DNA of 64,000 nt, taken from NCBI GenBank assembly GCA_965228875.1, contig OZ245843.1, forward strand, positions 3,020,616 to 3,084,615, read 5' to 3'. The notes beneath the pieces were generated by a model that searched no databases, was not told where the DNA came from, and saw only the letters and a program-made list of their open reading frames with translations. Below, piece after piece: positions 46,884 to 57,152 of the stretch. A program made the translations under genes and the position numbers. Each line of letters begins with the position of its first letter. The stretch's first letter is position 1. Source of the stretch: Thalassobaculaceae bacterium. GTDB taxonomy: Bacteria > Pseudomonadota > Alphaproteobacteria > Thalassobaculales > Thalassobaculaceae.

Positions 46884-48023
46884 GTGATCGGACCGGCTTC
46901 GCGCGGGAATGTCGACCCGTTCATCGTGATGCAGGTGATGACCGCCGCCGCCGAGCGCGAGGCCGCCGGCGGCGACGTTCTCCACCTGGAGGTCGGTCAG
47001 CCGTCGACCCCCGCCCCCCGCGGGGTTCTGGATGCCGCCCGCACGGCCCTCGACACCGACAAGGTCGGCTATACCCTGGCCCTCGGGCTGCCCTCGCTTC
47101 GCGAGCGGATCGCCGCCCATTACCGCGCCTGGTACGGCGTCGAGGTCCCGATCGAGCGGATCGCCGTCACAACGGGGTCGTCCGGCGGTTTCACGCTGGC
47201 CTTCCTGGCGGCGTTCGAGCACGGCGCCCGGGTCGCCCTCGCCTCGCCCGGGTATCCGGCCTACCGCAACATCCTCAAGGCGCTCGGCGTCGAGGTGGTC
47301 GACCTGCTGACCGAGGCGTCCGACCGGTTTCAGCCGACCGTCGCCCGTCTGGATCAGGCCGGCCCGCTCGACGGGGTGATCGTCGCCAGCCCTTCGAACC
47401 CGACCGGAACCATGCTCGACGAGGCCGGCATGGCCGCGATCACCGGCTGGTGCCGGGCCAACGACGCTCGGCTGATCTCAGACGAGATCTATCACGGCAT
47501 CGCCTTCGGCCGACGCTCGGTCTCGGCGCTGGAGAGCGATCCGGACTCCCTGGTGATCAACAGCTTCTCGAAGTATTTCTCGATGACCGGTTGGCGGATC
47601 GGCTGGATGGTGGTGCCGCCGGACCTGACCGGCGCGGTCGAGCGACTGGCGCAGAACTTCTTCATCTCCGCCCCGACCCTGTCGCAGATCGCCGCCACCG
47701 CCGCCTTCGACTGCCTCGACGAGACCGAGGCCAATGTTGCGCGCTACGCCCGCAACCGCGAGATCCTGCTGAACGAGCTTCCGGCCGCCGGTCTCGACGA
47801 CCTCGCGCCCGCCGACGGAGCGTTCTACGTCTACGCCAACGTCGCCCAGCACACCAACGACAGCGTTGAATTCTGCCGGCGGATGCTGGCGGAGATCGGC
47901 ATCGCCTGCACGCCGGGGATCGACTTCGACCCCTCGCGCGGTCGCACCAGCATCCGCTTCTCCTTCGCCGGCGCCGGCGAGGACATGGCGGAAGCGTGCC
48001 GTCGGCTGAAGGCTTGGCTGTAG
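46884..48023 (+). CDS. Class I/II PLP aminotransferase
   Basis: LEVGQP, SPSNPTG, SDEIYHG, NSFSKYFSMTGWRIGW. Confidence 0.94.
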   Translation: MIGPASRGNVDPFIVMQVMTAAAEREAAGGDVLHLEVGQPSTPAPRGVLDAARTALDTDKVGYTLALGLPSLRERIAAHYRAWYGVEVPIERIAVTTGSSGGFTLAFLAAFEHGARVALASPGYPAYRNILKALGVEVVDLLTEASDRFQPTVARLDQAGPLDGVIVASPSNPTGTMLDEAGMAAITGWCRANDARLISDEIYHGIAFGRRSVSALESDPDSLVINSFSKYFSMTGWRIGWMVVPPDLTGAVERLAQNFFISAPTLSQIAATAAFDCLDETEANVARYARNREILLNELPAAGLDDLAPADGAFYVYANVAQHTNDSVEFCRRMLAEIGIACTPGIDFDPSRGRTSIRFSFAGAGEDMAEACRRLKAWL

Positions 48024-48041
48024 GCGGACCCGTCCGCCCCC

Positions 48042-48112
48042 TGAACCGCCCTCTAAGACATTAGAGAGACAGCGAATTCGCACGATCAGATGCCTCCATC
48101 TGATCGTGCTCT
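48042..48112 (+). repeat. Palindromic element, degenerate partial copy F1
   Basis: GCCCTCTAAGACATTAGAGA..GAATTCGCACGATCAGATGCCTCCATCTGATCGTG. Confidence 0.85.
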
Positions 48113-48116
48113 TCTT

Positions 48117-48232
48117 TTGAGCGCGATCGGTTCAGATCGAATCGATCTGAACCGTGAATCGCCCTCTAACCCATTAAAGATAGAGCAAATTCACACGATC
48201 GGATGTTTCCATCTGATCGTGATTTGCTCTAG
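48117..48232 (+). repeat. Palindromic element, full copy F2 (tandem with F1)
   Basis: GAGCGCGATCGGTTCAGATCGAATCGATCTGAACCG...GATTTGCTCTAG. Confidence 0.95.
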
Positions 48233-48292
48233 GCGAACCCGGGGCGAGGGTTCGGATCTAAGGGCAGAGTGACGTCCCGGAACGGCGCCGGA

Positions 48293-51283
48293 TCAGCGCC
48301 GCCACCAGCCCTTGCGCGGCTTCTCCACCGGCTTGTCCAGGGTGCGGACCTCGATCGGCGTCGAGCTCAGATTCCGCTCGGCCGCGCTGTCCTCGCCGAC
48401 GGTCTGATCCTCTCCGACCTCGCCGCTGATCGCCTCCTCGGACGACGCCGCGTTCTCGTCGCCGTCGGACTCGGAGGCCTCAGCCGCTTGCGTCTCGGAT
48501 TCCGCCGGAGCCGGCTCGTCGATGGCCTCCTTGGCGTCGGAAGGCTCCGCAGCGGCGGCATCCAATTCGGACGCCTCCGAGACCGCCACCTCTGCGACCG
48601 CCACATCTGCTACCGCCACCTCTGGCGCGCTATCCGCTTCCGCGGGTTCCGCGACGGCGGGAGCGTCCGTCGGAGCTTCGGCGGAGCTCGCCACGGCCTC
48701 GACGGTCTCCGCCTCCGGCTCTTCCTTCTTGCGGCGCCGGCGCGGCCGCTTGGCCGCCGGCTTCTTCGCCGGCTCCTCGCCGTCACCGGCGTCCGCATCG
48801 GCGCCCTTGGCGTCCCCGGCAGGGGTCTCCACCTCCGACGTCTCCGCGGCCGGAGCCACCGGATCCTGTTCCTCGGTCCCGGGCGACTCAGCCTTCACCT
48901 CGGCGGTTGTGGCTTCGGCGGCCGCGGCAGCGGTCACTGGAGCAGCCTCGTCAGCGTCGGTGGCCGGCGCCTCGGCGTCATCCGCGTCGGACTCGCCATC
49001 GGCATCCGTCTCGCCGTCGGCGTCCGCCCCCTCTTCGCCCTCGACTCCATCCTCGCCATCGCGACGGCGTCGCGACCGACGGCGGCCGCCACGGCGGCCA
49101 CGGCGGCGCCGCTTGCGTGCCTCAGCGGACTCGTCATCCTCCGCATCGCCGCGATCTTCCTCGTCGGCGGCGGTGTCCTCGCCGGCGGCATCGTCGCCAT
49201 CGGAGTCCTCGTCACCGTTCTCGGCCTTGTCGGCCGCCTCGTCGGCCCGGTCCTCCGGGCGGCGGCGACCGCCACGGCGGCGGCGGCGCGAGCGGCCACG
49301 ACCCCGGCGCTCCTCCTGCTCGTCCCGGGTGTCGACCTCATCCTCGTCCTCGTCGACGATGTCGGCGTCGTCCTCCTCGATCTCGACCATGCCTGCCGAA
49401 CTCGCGGCAATGGCGGTCTGGAACGCCGCGCGCTCATCCGCCGTCTTCGGGCGCAGGCGCTCCAGCCGATGGTCCGGCGGGACCAGGCTGTCGTCCTGCT
49501 CAAGCAGAACCCGTGTGCCGTATCGCGCCTCGATCTCGGCCAGCCGGTCGCGCTTGTGGTTGAGGATGTACAGGGCGACCTGAGCCGGGATGTGAACCGC
49601 GATCTCGGCCGCGCGGTTGCGCAGTCCCTCTTCCTCAATGACCCGCAGGATGTGCAGCGCGGTGCTGTCGATGGAGCGGATGTAGCCCGACCCCTTACAG
49701 TGCGGACACACCTGGGTGCTGGCCTCCACCAGGGACGGCCGCAGGCGCTGGCGCGACAGTTCCATCAGGCCGAAATGGCTGATCCGGCCGATCTGTATGC
49801 GCGCCCGGTCCGACTTCATCGCCTCCTTCATGCGGCGCTCGACCGCATGCTGGTTGCGCGACTCCTCCATGTCGATGAAGTCGATCACCACCAGGCCGGC
49901 GAGGTCGCGCAGGCGCAACTGGCGGGCGACCTCGTCCGCCGCCTCCAGGTTGGTCTTGAGCGCGGTCTCCTCGATGTTCCGCTCCGAGGTGGAGCGGCCG
50001 GAGTTCACGTCGATCGCGACCAGCGCCTCGGTCTGGTTCATGACGATGTAGCCGCCCGACTTCAGCTCCACCACCGGGCTGTGGATGGCATCGAGCTGGC
50101 TCTCCACCTGGTAGCGGTGGAGCAGCGGAACATGGGTGTCCTTGTAACGCTTGACCCGCTTGGCGTGGCTCGGGATCAGCGTCTTCATGAAGTCCTTAGC
50201 GATGCGGTATCCGTCATCGCCGTCGACCAGCACCTCGTCCAGGTCGCGCGTGTAGAGGTCGCGGATCGACCGTTTGATGAGGTTGGCTTCCTCGTAGATC
50301 AGACAGGGTGCCGTGCTGTCGAGCGTGGTCTGGCGGATCTCGTCCCACAGGCGCAGCAGGTACTCGTAGTCGCGCTTGATCTCGGCCTTGGTGCGCTGCG
50401 AGCCGGCGGTGCGCACGATGACCGCCATGCCTTCCGGCACGTCCAGGCCCTCGACGATCTGCTTCAGGCGCTTGCGGTCGCCCACATGGGTGATCTTGCG
50501 GCTGACGCCGCCGCCGCGCGCGGTGTTCGGCATCAGCACGCAGTAGCGGCCGGCCAGCGACAGGTAGGTGGTCAGCGCGGCCCCTTTGTTGCCCCGCTCC
50601 TCCTTGACGACCTGCACCAGCATGATCTGGCGCCGGGCCACGACCTCCTGGATCTTGTAGCGGCGGTTCGACGGCTTGCGGCGCCGACGCACCTCCTCGA
50701 TGGCGTCGCCGCCAACGGTCTCCGGCTTGGCGCTCTTGCGGGTCTGCACGCTGACGTCGGCGGCCCTGGCCGGAGCCTCGTCGCCGGAGTCGTCGTCGCT
50801 GGAGTCATCGTCGCCGGATTCGGCGTCTGCGGTCCCGCCGTCGCCGGCCCCGGACGTCGTCTCGCCGTCGGCATCATCCTCCGCCGACGCCGCATCGGAC
50901 TCGTCGCCATTATCCGCGGTGGTGTCATCTGCGGCGCCATCGGCCGAGTCGTCGTCGGACTCCGTGTCGGAGTCGTCGTCCTCGTCGTCCATCGCCTCGG
51001 CCCGCTCCTCGCGGAGCAGCGCCTCGCGATCCTCGATCGGAATCCGGTAATAGTCGGGATGGATCTCGGAAAACGCCAGAAAGCCATGGCGATTGCCGCC
51101 ATACTCGACGAACGCGGCCTGCAGCGAGGGCTCAACCCGGGTCACCCGGGCGAGGTAGATGTTCCCCTTAAGCTGCTTCTTGGCGGCGGTCTCGAAGTCG
51201 AAGTCGTCGAGCTTGTTGCCGTCGACCACCACGACCCGGGTCTCCTCCGGGTGGGTGGCATCGATGAGCATACGCTTGGTCAT
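48293..51283 (-). CDS. rne: Ribonuclease E
   Basis: MLIDATHPEETRV, GNIYLARVTRVEPSLQAAFV, AIDVNSG, DLAGLVVIDFIDM, CPHC Zn-link, disordered C-terminal half ending KGWWRR. Confidence 0.97.
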   Translation of the reverse strand: MTKRMLIDATHPEETRVVVVDGNKLDDFDFETAAKKQLKGNIYLARVTRVEPSLQAAFVEYGGNRHGFLAFSEIHPDYYRIPIEDREALLREERAEAMDDEDDDSDTESDDDSADGAADDTTADNGDESDAASAEDDADGETTSGAGDGGTADAESGDDDSSDDDSGDEAPARAADVSVQTRKSAKPETVGGDAIEEVRRRRKPSNRRYKIQEVVARRQIMLVQVVKEERGNKGAALTTYLSLAGRYCVLMPNTARGGGVSRKITHVGDRKRLKQIVEGLDVPEGMAVIVRTAGSQRTKAEIKRDYEYLLRLWDEIRQTTLDSTAPCLIYEEANLIKRSIRDLYTRDLDEVLVDGDDGYRIAKDFMKTLIPSHAKRVKRYKDTHVPLLHRYQVESQLDAIHSPVVELKSGGYIVMNQTEALVAIDVNSGRSTSERNIEETALKTNLEAADEVARQLRLRDLAGLVVIDFIDMEESRNQHAVERRMKEAMKSDRARIQIGRISHFGLMELSRQRLRPSLVEASTQVCPHCKGSGYIRSIDSTALHILRVIEEEGLRNRAAEIAVHIPAQVALYILNHKRDRLAEIEARYGTRVLLEQDDSLVPPDHRLERLRPKTADERAAFQTAIAASSAGMVEIEEDDADIVDEDEDEVDTRDEQEERRGRGRSRRRRRGGRRRPEDRADEAADKAENGDEDSDGDDAAGEDTAADEEDRGDAEDDESAEARKRRRRGRRGGRRRSRRRRDGEDGVEGEEGADADGETDADGESDADDAEAPATDADEAAPVTAAAAAEATTAEVKAESPGTEEQDPVAPAAETSEVETPAGDAKGADADAGDGEEPAKKPAAKRPRRRRKKEEPEAETVEAVASSAEAPTDAPAVAEPAEADSAPEVAVADVAVAEVAVSEASELDAAAAEPSDAKEAIDEPAPAESETQAAEASESDGDENAASSEEAISGEVGEDQTVGEDSAAERNLSSTPIEVRTLDKPVEKPRKGWWRR

Positions 51284-51814
51284 GTGTCGGTATCTCCGTG
51301 TCGCGCCGCGACGACCGCGAGGATCGCTCCGGCCCCGCGCGGTCGGCGACGCGGATCGGCGTCGGCCCAGGCGCGATGTGTGGCAGCGCGGATTGTGACG
51401 TCGGCATGCCCTCGGCACACCGGATGTGGTCGACGGAACAGGTGACGGCGGAATCGGTCACGGCACGTCCATGCCTTCTCGCCCCGTGGGCGGGAGGAAC
51501 TCGACATGCCGCGGGCGACGCATCTGTCGCCGTCGCCGGACTGTTCCAGATTGCAGGTCTCACGTCGGTCGGTCCTGCGCGGAACCGGGAACAGCGATTC
51601 GCCCCGGCCCGAAATCAATAAAAGTCTCGCTGTCCCCGCAACCCCTTGGGCCAAAACGGCGCGCGCGAACCCGCACACGGTCTTCGAGGACGAATGCACC
51701 ATACTGATCCGGGAGCCTACTAACAATGCAAAACTTCACGGGTTTTCGAAACGCCCACCGCTTGCGGAGTCCGCAGACGGAAATTGAGGTTCGACTGGAA
51801 TAACCCAAAGTAGC

Positions 51815-51834
51815 TTCATGAAAATAATCATGAA
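51815..51834. promoter_or_regulatory. Perfect inverted repeat upstream of amiC (putative operator)
   Basis: TTCATGA-AAATAA-TCATGAA in an AT-rich patch. Confidence 0.5.
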
Positions 51835-51897
51835 TCTTGCCGTCGGGAGCCCCTGAAGCTAGAGTGGGGCGTCTTGCAACCGTCTGGGGGACAGGGA

Positions 51898-53172
51898 ATG
51901 GCGTGTCACGCGACCGCGGCCCGGATCGGGCCGACGCTTCTCGGCGTCGCGCGCTGTGTCCTGCTGCTGGCGGCGACATGGGCGACCGCCCTCGCCGGCA
52001 CGCTCGCCGTGGCCGGACAGGCCGTCGCCGACGACGCCACCGTGGTCTCCAACCTCCGCGTCGGCAGCCATCCGGACAAGGTCCGTATCGTTCTCGACAT
52101 GGACCGGCGGGTCGAATTCTCGATCTTCCTGCTGCCGGACCCGTATCGGGTCGTGGTCGACATTCCGGAGGTGTCGTTCCGCCTCCCCGCGACCGCCGCC
52201 TCGCAGACGGTCGGTCCGGTGGCCGGCTGGCGCTACGGGCAGTTCCGGCCCGGCACCTCGCGGGTGGTGATCGACGCGGCCGAGCCGGTCGCGGTGAAGT
52301 CCGCCTTCATCCTGCCGCCGTCGGGTGCCCAGCAGCACCGGCTGGTGATCGACCTGACGCCAAGTGCGCGCGACACTTTCCTCGCCGACTCCGAGGCGTC
52401 GATCAAACGGCACATGGCGCTCAGCGCGCCGCGCCTGAGCACACCGCCGGCTGCCCCGGCGCCACTGCCGGAATCCGACGACCGCATGACCATCGTCATC
52501 GATGCCGGCCATGGGGGCGTGGATCCCGGCGCGATCGGCCATGATGGGGTGTACGAGAAGGAGATCGTGCTGGCCGCCGCCAGGGAACTGAAGGCGGCGC
52601 TGGAGAAGACCGGGCGCTACAAGGCGGTCCTGACCCGCGAGGGCGACAGCTTCATCCGCCTGCGGGAACGGATCGCCATCGCCCGCCGCGTCGATGCCGA
52701 CATGTTCATCTCGCTCCACGCCGACTCGATCGGCGACAAGTCGCTGCGCGGCCTGTCAGTCTATACCCTGTCGGAAACCGCGTCCGACAAGGAGGCGGAG
52801 GCGCTGGCGGCCAGCGAGAACAAGGCCGACATCATCGCCGGCATCGACTTCTCGCACCAGGAACCTGAGGTCACCAACATCCTGATCGACCTCGCCCAGC
52901 GCCGCACCATGAACTACTCGGCCCGGCTGGCCGGCTACGTGGTGCACGAGATGGAGGGTGAGACCAAGTTGCTCGGCCGCCCGCACCGCTTCGCCGGTTT
53001 CGCGGTCCTCAAGGCGCCGGACGTTCCCTCGGTCCTGGTCGAACTCGGCTTCCTGTCGAACCGGGAGGACAGCACCCGCCTGCAGAACCCGAGCTTCCGG
53101 CGCAAGGTCGCCGCCGGGTTCACCCGGGCGATCGACCGCTATTTCCAGGGCGTCCAGGCGGCATTCCGGTAG
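51898..53172 (+). CDS. amiC: N-acetylmuramoyl-L-alanine amidase with AMIN domain
   Basis: PYRVVVDIP AMIN, IDAGHGGVDPGA, EK, FISLHADS, PSVLVELGFLSN; start uncertain. Confidence 0.92.
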   Translation: MACHATAARIGPTLLGVARCVLLLAATWATALAGTLAVAGQAVADDATVVSNLRVGSHPDKVRIVLDMDRRVEFSIFLLPDPYRVVVDIPEVSFRLPATAASQTVGPVAGWRYGQFRPGTSRVVIDAAEPVAVKSAFILPPSGAQQHRLVIDLTPSARDTFLADSEASIKRHMALSAPRLSTPPAAPAPLPESDDRMTIVIDAGHGGVDPGAIGHDGVYEKEIVLAAARELKAALEKTGRYKAVLTREGDSFIRLRERIAIARRVDADMFISLHADSIGDKSLRGLSVYTLSETASDKEAEALAASENKADIIAGIDFSHQEPEVTNILIDLAQRRTMNYSARLAGYVVHEMEGETKLLGRPHRFAGFAVLKAPDVPSVLVELGFLSNREDSTRLQNPSFRRKVAAGFTRAIDRYFQGVQAAFR

Positions 53173-53188
53173 TCGCTCCCGGCGTCGC

Positions 53189-53273
53189 CTGGAGAGAACC
53201 ACGATCAGATGGAAACATCTGATCGTGTGAATTTGCGCTATCTTTAGTGGCTTAGAGAGCGGCTGACGCTCTA
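53189..53273 (-). repeat. Palindromic element, partial copy G (reverse)
   Basis: CACGATCAGATGGAAACATCTGATCGTGTGAATTTGC..TATCTTTAGTGGCTTAGAG..GCTCTA. Confidence 0.9.
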
Positions 53274-54362
53274 CCCCTTCAGCACACCCCGGTTGATCTG
53301 GTCCTGCTCGATGCTCTCGAACAGCGCCTTGAAGTTGCCCTCGCCGAAGCCTTCGTCCCCCTTGCGCTGGATCAGTTCGAAGAAGATCGGGCCGATCACC
53401 GTGTTGGTGAAGATCTGCAGCAGCAGGCCGCCATCCTCCGTCGGAGCGCCGTCGATCAGGATCCCGCGCGACCGGAGCGCGTCCAGGTCCTCGCCATGGT
53501 TCGGCAGGCGCCCGTCCAGCATGTCGTAGTAGGTGGCCGGCGGCGGCGCCATGAACTGCATGCCGAGGCCGCGCAGGCCGTCGACGGTGGCATGGATGTC
53601 GTCGGTGCCCATGGCGATGTGCTGGATGCCCTCGCCCTTGTACTGGTCGAGATATTCGGCGATCTGGCTCTTGTCGTCGGCGCTCTCGTTGATCGGAATG
53701 CGGATCTTGCCGCAGGGGCTGGTCATCGCCCGCGACTTCAGGCCGGTCAGCTTGCCTTCGATGTCGAAGTAACGGATCTCCTTGAAATTAAAGAGCGTCT
53801 CGTAGAACTCCGCCCAGACATCCATGCGGCCCATGTGCACGTTGTGGGTCAGGTGGTCGATATAGGTGAGGCCGACGCCCGCCGGTGCCTGCTCCTCGCC
53901 CTCGATCGGCACGAAGTCGACGTCGTAGATCGTGCGCTCGCCGTAGCGGTCGACCAGGTAGATCAGGCTGTCGCCGATGCCGTGGATCGCCGGGATGTTG
54001 AGTTCCATCGGCCCGACCTTGCCCTCGAACGGCCTCGCCCCCAGCTTCACCGCGCGCTCGAAGGCGGCGGCGGCGTTCTTCACCCGGAAGGCGATGGCGC
54101 AGCAGGAGGGACCGTGCACCTTGGCGAAGGCCTGGGCGAAGCTGTCCGGCTCGCCGTTGACGATGAAGTTCACCCCACCCTGGCGGTACAGGGTGACGTT
54201 CTTCGAACGGTGCCTGGCGACGGCGCGGAAGCCCATGGCGGTGAACAGCTTCTCCAAATCGGCGGTATCCGGCGCCGTGTACTCCACGAACTCGAAACCG
54301 TCGGTCGCCATCGGGTTCTCGGGCGTGCCTTGAGGGACCGGGGGAAGCGTCGTCGATGCCAT
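53271..54362 (-). CDS. hppD: 4-hydroxyphenylpyruvate dioxygenase
   Basis: [42 protein letters not shown]. Confidence 0.97.
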   Translation of the reverse strand: MASTTLPPVPQGTPENPMATDGFEFVEYTAPDTADLEKLFTAMGFRAVARHRSKNVTLYRQGGVNFIVNGEPDSFAQAFAKVHGPSCCAIAFRVKNAAAAFERAVKLGARPFEGKVGPMELNIPAIHGIGDSLIYLVDRYGERTIYDVDFVPIEGEEQAPAGVGLTYIDHLTHNVHMGRMDVWAEFYETLFNFKEIRYFDIEGKLTGLKSRAMTSPCGKIRIPINESADDKSQIAEYLDQYKGEGIQHIAMGTDDIHATVDGLRGLGMQFMAPPPATYYDMLDGRLPNHGEDLDALRSRGILIDGAPTEDGGLLLQIFTNTVIGPIFFELIQRKGDEGFGEGNFKALFESIEQDQINRGVLKG

Positions 54363-54410
54363 GGGAACCTCCTTGTGAGCGCGCTCGCGGTGGCGCGGCA
54401 AATCATGTTA

Positions 54411-54452
54411 GTTTCATCTGTAACCGATTTTCAAAATGGTTTCAAATGAAAC
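54411..54452. promoter_or_regulatory. Two MarR-type operator palindromes
   Basis: GTTTCATCTGTAAC (54411-54424) and GTTTCAAATGAAAC (54439-54452, overlapping the marR ATG). Confidence 0.75.
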
Positions 54453-54895
54453 AAACGGACGACCTGATCCTGCTGGAGAGCTTCCTGCCCTACCGCCTGG
54501 CGGTGCTGGCGAACACGGTGTCGAAGGGGATTGCCCGGCTCTATGCCGACCGGTTCGGGATCACGATTCCCGAGTGGCGGGTGCTGGCGATCCTGGGCGC
54601 CTTCGGGCCGGCCACCGCGTCGGAGATCCAGGGCCGTTCGGCCATGGATAAGGTCCAGGTCAGCCGGGCGATCGCACGCATGCTGGACGCCGGGCTGATC
54701 GACCGCACGGTGAACGCGACGGACCGGCGGCGGCAGACCATCGCAATGACGGCCGAGGGGGAACGGGTCTACGGCGAGATCGTCCCCCTCGCCCGCGCCC
54801 GCGAAGCGGCGTTGCTCGAAGGGTTCAGCGCGGAGGAGCGGGTGCTGCTGGATCGATTGATCGGGCGTCTGCAGGAGCGCGCGGAGGGCGGTTAA
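54446..54895 (+). CDS. MarR-family regulator divergent from hppD
   Basis: LESFLPYRL, GITIPEWRVL, MDKVQVSRAI, DRR. Confidence 0.92.
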   Translation: MKQTDDLILLESFLPYRLAVLANTVSKGIARLYADRFGITIPEWRVLAILGAFGPATASEIQGRSAMDKVQVSRAIARMLDAGLIDRTVNATDRRRQTIAMTAEGERVYGEIVPLARAREAALLEGFSAEERVLLDRLIGRLQERAEGG

Positions 54896-54973
54896 CGGCC
54901 GGCCATTACCCCTAAGACCCGGATGCCCTGCAGGCTTCCGGGACGCAGGGGCAAGCGACGGAGCGCAGGCAAC

Positions 54974-56098
54974 CTACCCCAGCAACTCCGCCACATGATC
55001 GGCGATCGCCAGGCTCGAGGTCACGCCCGGGCTCTCGATGCCGAACAGGTTCACTAGACCCGCGACGCCGTGGTCCTTCGGCCCCTGGACCATGAAGTCG
55101 ACCGCCGGCTCGCCGGGGGCCTGGATCTTCGGACGGATGCCGGCATAGCCCGGCTGCAGCGCCCCGTCCGGCAGACCCGGCCAGTACTTGCGGATGGCAG
55201 CGTAGAAGCTGTCCGAGCGGCGCGGATCGACGTCGTAGTTGATCTCCTCGATCCATTCCACGTCCGGGCCGAACCGGGCCTGGCCGCCGAGGTCGAGGGT
55301 CAGGTGGATTCCCAGCCCGGCCTGCTCCGGAGCGGGATAGATCAGGTGGGTGAAGGGTGCCCGCACGCCGGAGAGCGAATAGTAGTTGCCCTTGCAGTAG
55401 TGATGCGGCGGCACCTTGTCAGCCGGGAAACCGGCGAGCGAAGCCGCGAGCGGCTGGGCATGCAGGCCGGCGGAGTTCACCACGGTCTTCGCCTTCAGGA
55501 GCATGGGCTCCGCGCCGCCGACCGCGATCTCGATTCCGTCATCGGCGATCCGGCCGCCGGTCACCGGGGCGTGGAAGGCGATCATGCCGCCCCGCTCCTC
55601 GGCGTCGCCCTGCAGCGCCAGCATGTAGGAATGGCTGTCGAGCACGCCGGTCGAGGGCGACCACAGCGCGGTGACGCAGCGCAGTTCCGGTTCCATGGCC
55701 ACGACCTCGTTGTGGCTCTTGAACTCGAGGTCGTGGACATCGGCCTTCGCCGCGCGGTCCTGGATCTGCTGCAGTGCCGGGATCTGATCCTCCGCCGTCG
55801 CGACGATCAGCTTGCCGAGCCGCTTGTACGGCACTCCATGCTCGTCGAGATAGCGGTAGAGCTTGTTCTTGCCCTCGACGCAGAACTTCGCCTTGAGCGA
55901 GCCGGGCGGATAGTAGATGCCGGCGTGGATCACCTCGGAGTGGCGCGAACTGGTCTCGGTGCCGATCGCCTCCGCCGCCTCGAGCACGATCACCTCGCGC
56001 CCGGCCAGCGCCAGGGCGCGGGCCACGGCCAGACCGACGACGCCGGCCCCGATGACGACGGTGTCGACCTGCTCTGCGCTCATGCCTTCCGTGCTCAT
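54974..56098 (-). CDS. FAD-dependent oxidoreductase, L-2-hydroxyglutarate dehydrogenase family
   Basis: [49 protein letters not shown]. Confidence 0.88.
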   Translation of the reverse strand: MSTEGMSAEQVDTVVIGAGVVGLAVARALALAGREVIVLEAAEAIGTETSSRHSEVIHAGIYYPPGSLKAKFCVEGKNKLYRYLDEHGVPYKRLGKLIVATAEDQIPALQQIQDRAAKADVHDLEFKSHNEVVAMEPELRCVTALWSPSTGVLDSHSYMLALQGDAEERGGMIAFHAPVTGGRIADDGIEIAVGGAEPMLLKAKTVVNSAGLHAQPLAASLAGFPADKVPPHHYCKGNYYSLSGVRAPFTHLIYPAPEQAGLGIHLTLDLGGQARFGPDVEWIEEINYDVDPRRSDSFYAAIRKYWPGLPDGALQPGYAGIRPKIQAPGEPAVDFMVQGPKDHGVAGLVNLFGIESPGVTSSLAIADHVAELLG

Positions 56099-57000
56099 TC
56101 CTTCGCTCCGTCGAGTCCGCCGAGTTCCGCCATGACGTCGACCAGCAGCGGCACGTGTTGCTCCCCGTGGCCGGTCGAGCAGGCCAGCGTGAAGAGTTGC
56201 AGCGCCGCCGACCCGAAGGGCGCGGGCAGGCCGGCATCCGCGGCGATGTCGTTGTAGTAGCCGACATCCTTGCGGGCATTGGCCATGGCGAACTGCAGAC
56301 CCGAGGCGTCGCCGTCGACGGCGTAGGCCATGATCTTCTGGAACATGCCGGAGTTCACCGCCCCGGCCGACACCACCTCGCGCAGCTTGCCGAGATCGAC
56401 CCCGGCCGCCCGCGCCGTGGTCGCCGCCTCGGCGATCAGGGCCGACATGGACATGCTCATGAAATTGTTGATCAGCTTGAGCGCATGGGCGGCACCCAGC
56501 GGGCCGATATGGAAGATGTTGCGAGCGTAGCAGTCCAGCACCGGCCGGGCCTTCTCCACCAGCGCGTCGGGACCGCCGACCAGCACGTTCAGCGTGCCCT
56601 CCATCGCCTCCTTCGGCGTCATGGTCATCGGCGCGTCGATGAAGTCGATGCCCTTCTCCGCCAGCGCCGCCGCCACCTGCCTGGTCGAGGCCGGCTCGGC
56701 TGTCGAGGCGTCGAGCACCAGGGTGCCCGGCTTGGCGCCCTCGACGATCCCGTCGGCGCCGAGGCACAGCTGTTCGACCACCCGGCTGTTCGGCATGCAG
56801 AGGATGACGACGTCGGACGCGGCGGCCAGTTCCTTCGCCGTCGCCGCCTCGCCGGCCCCTTCGGCCTTGAGCTCTTCGACGGGCGCCCGGTTGCGGTGGC
56901 CGAGCACCGTCAGCGGAAATCCCTTGGCCAGAATGTTGCCCGCCATGCCCCGCCCCATGAGGCCGACACCGGCAAAGCCGACCTTCGGTCGATCGGTCAT
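56095..57000 (-). CDS. NAD(P)-dependent beta-hydroxyacid dehydrogenase family
   Basis: [29 protein letters not shown]. Confidence 0.9.
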   Translation of the reverse strand: MTDRPKVGFAGVGLMGRGMAGNILAKGFPLTVLGHRNRAPVEELKAEGAGEAATAKELAAASDVVILCMPNSRVVEQLCLGADGIVEGAKPGTLVLDASTAEPASTRQVAAALAEKGIDFIDAPMTMTPKEAMEGTLNVLVGGPDALVEKARPVLDCYARNIFHIGPLGAAHALKLINNFMSMSMSALIAEAATTARAAGVDLGKLREVVSAGAVNSGMFQKIMAYAVDGDASGLQFAMANARKDVGYYNDIAADAGLPAPFGSAALQLFTLACSTGHGEQHVPLLVDVMAELGGLDGAKE

Positions 57001-57152
57001 CCTCTTCCTCCCTCGCGTGATCTAGCCACCACATAGCCAATTGTCGTGCCGCTCTCCAAGCCCTGCTTTGCAAAGAACGCGGATTGACCACCGGTCGGGC
57101 GTCAGGCTGCAATCGGCGCAAAATCAACTCTGCACCTCTTGGGGAGGACGAT

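Noticed and set aside
48269..51445. 1058-aa ORF antisense to rne and similar long shadow ORFs (26931-29210, 44129-46924, 43654-46095)
   Set aside because: Arg/Gly/Pro-rich with no motifs; expected artefact of high GC3 on the coding strand.
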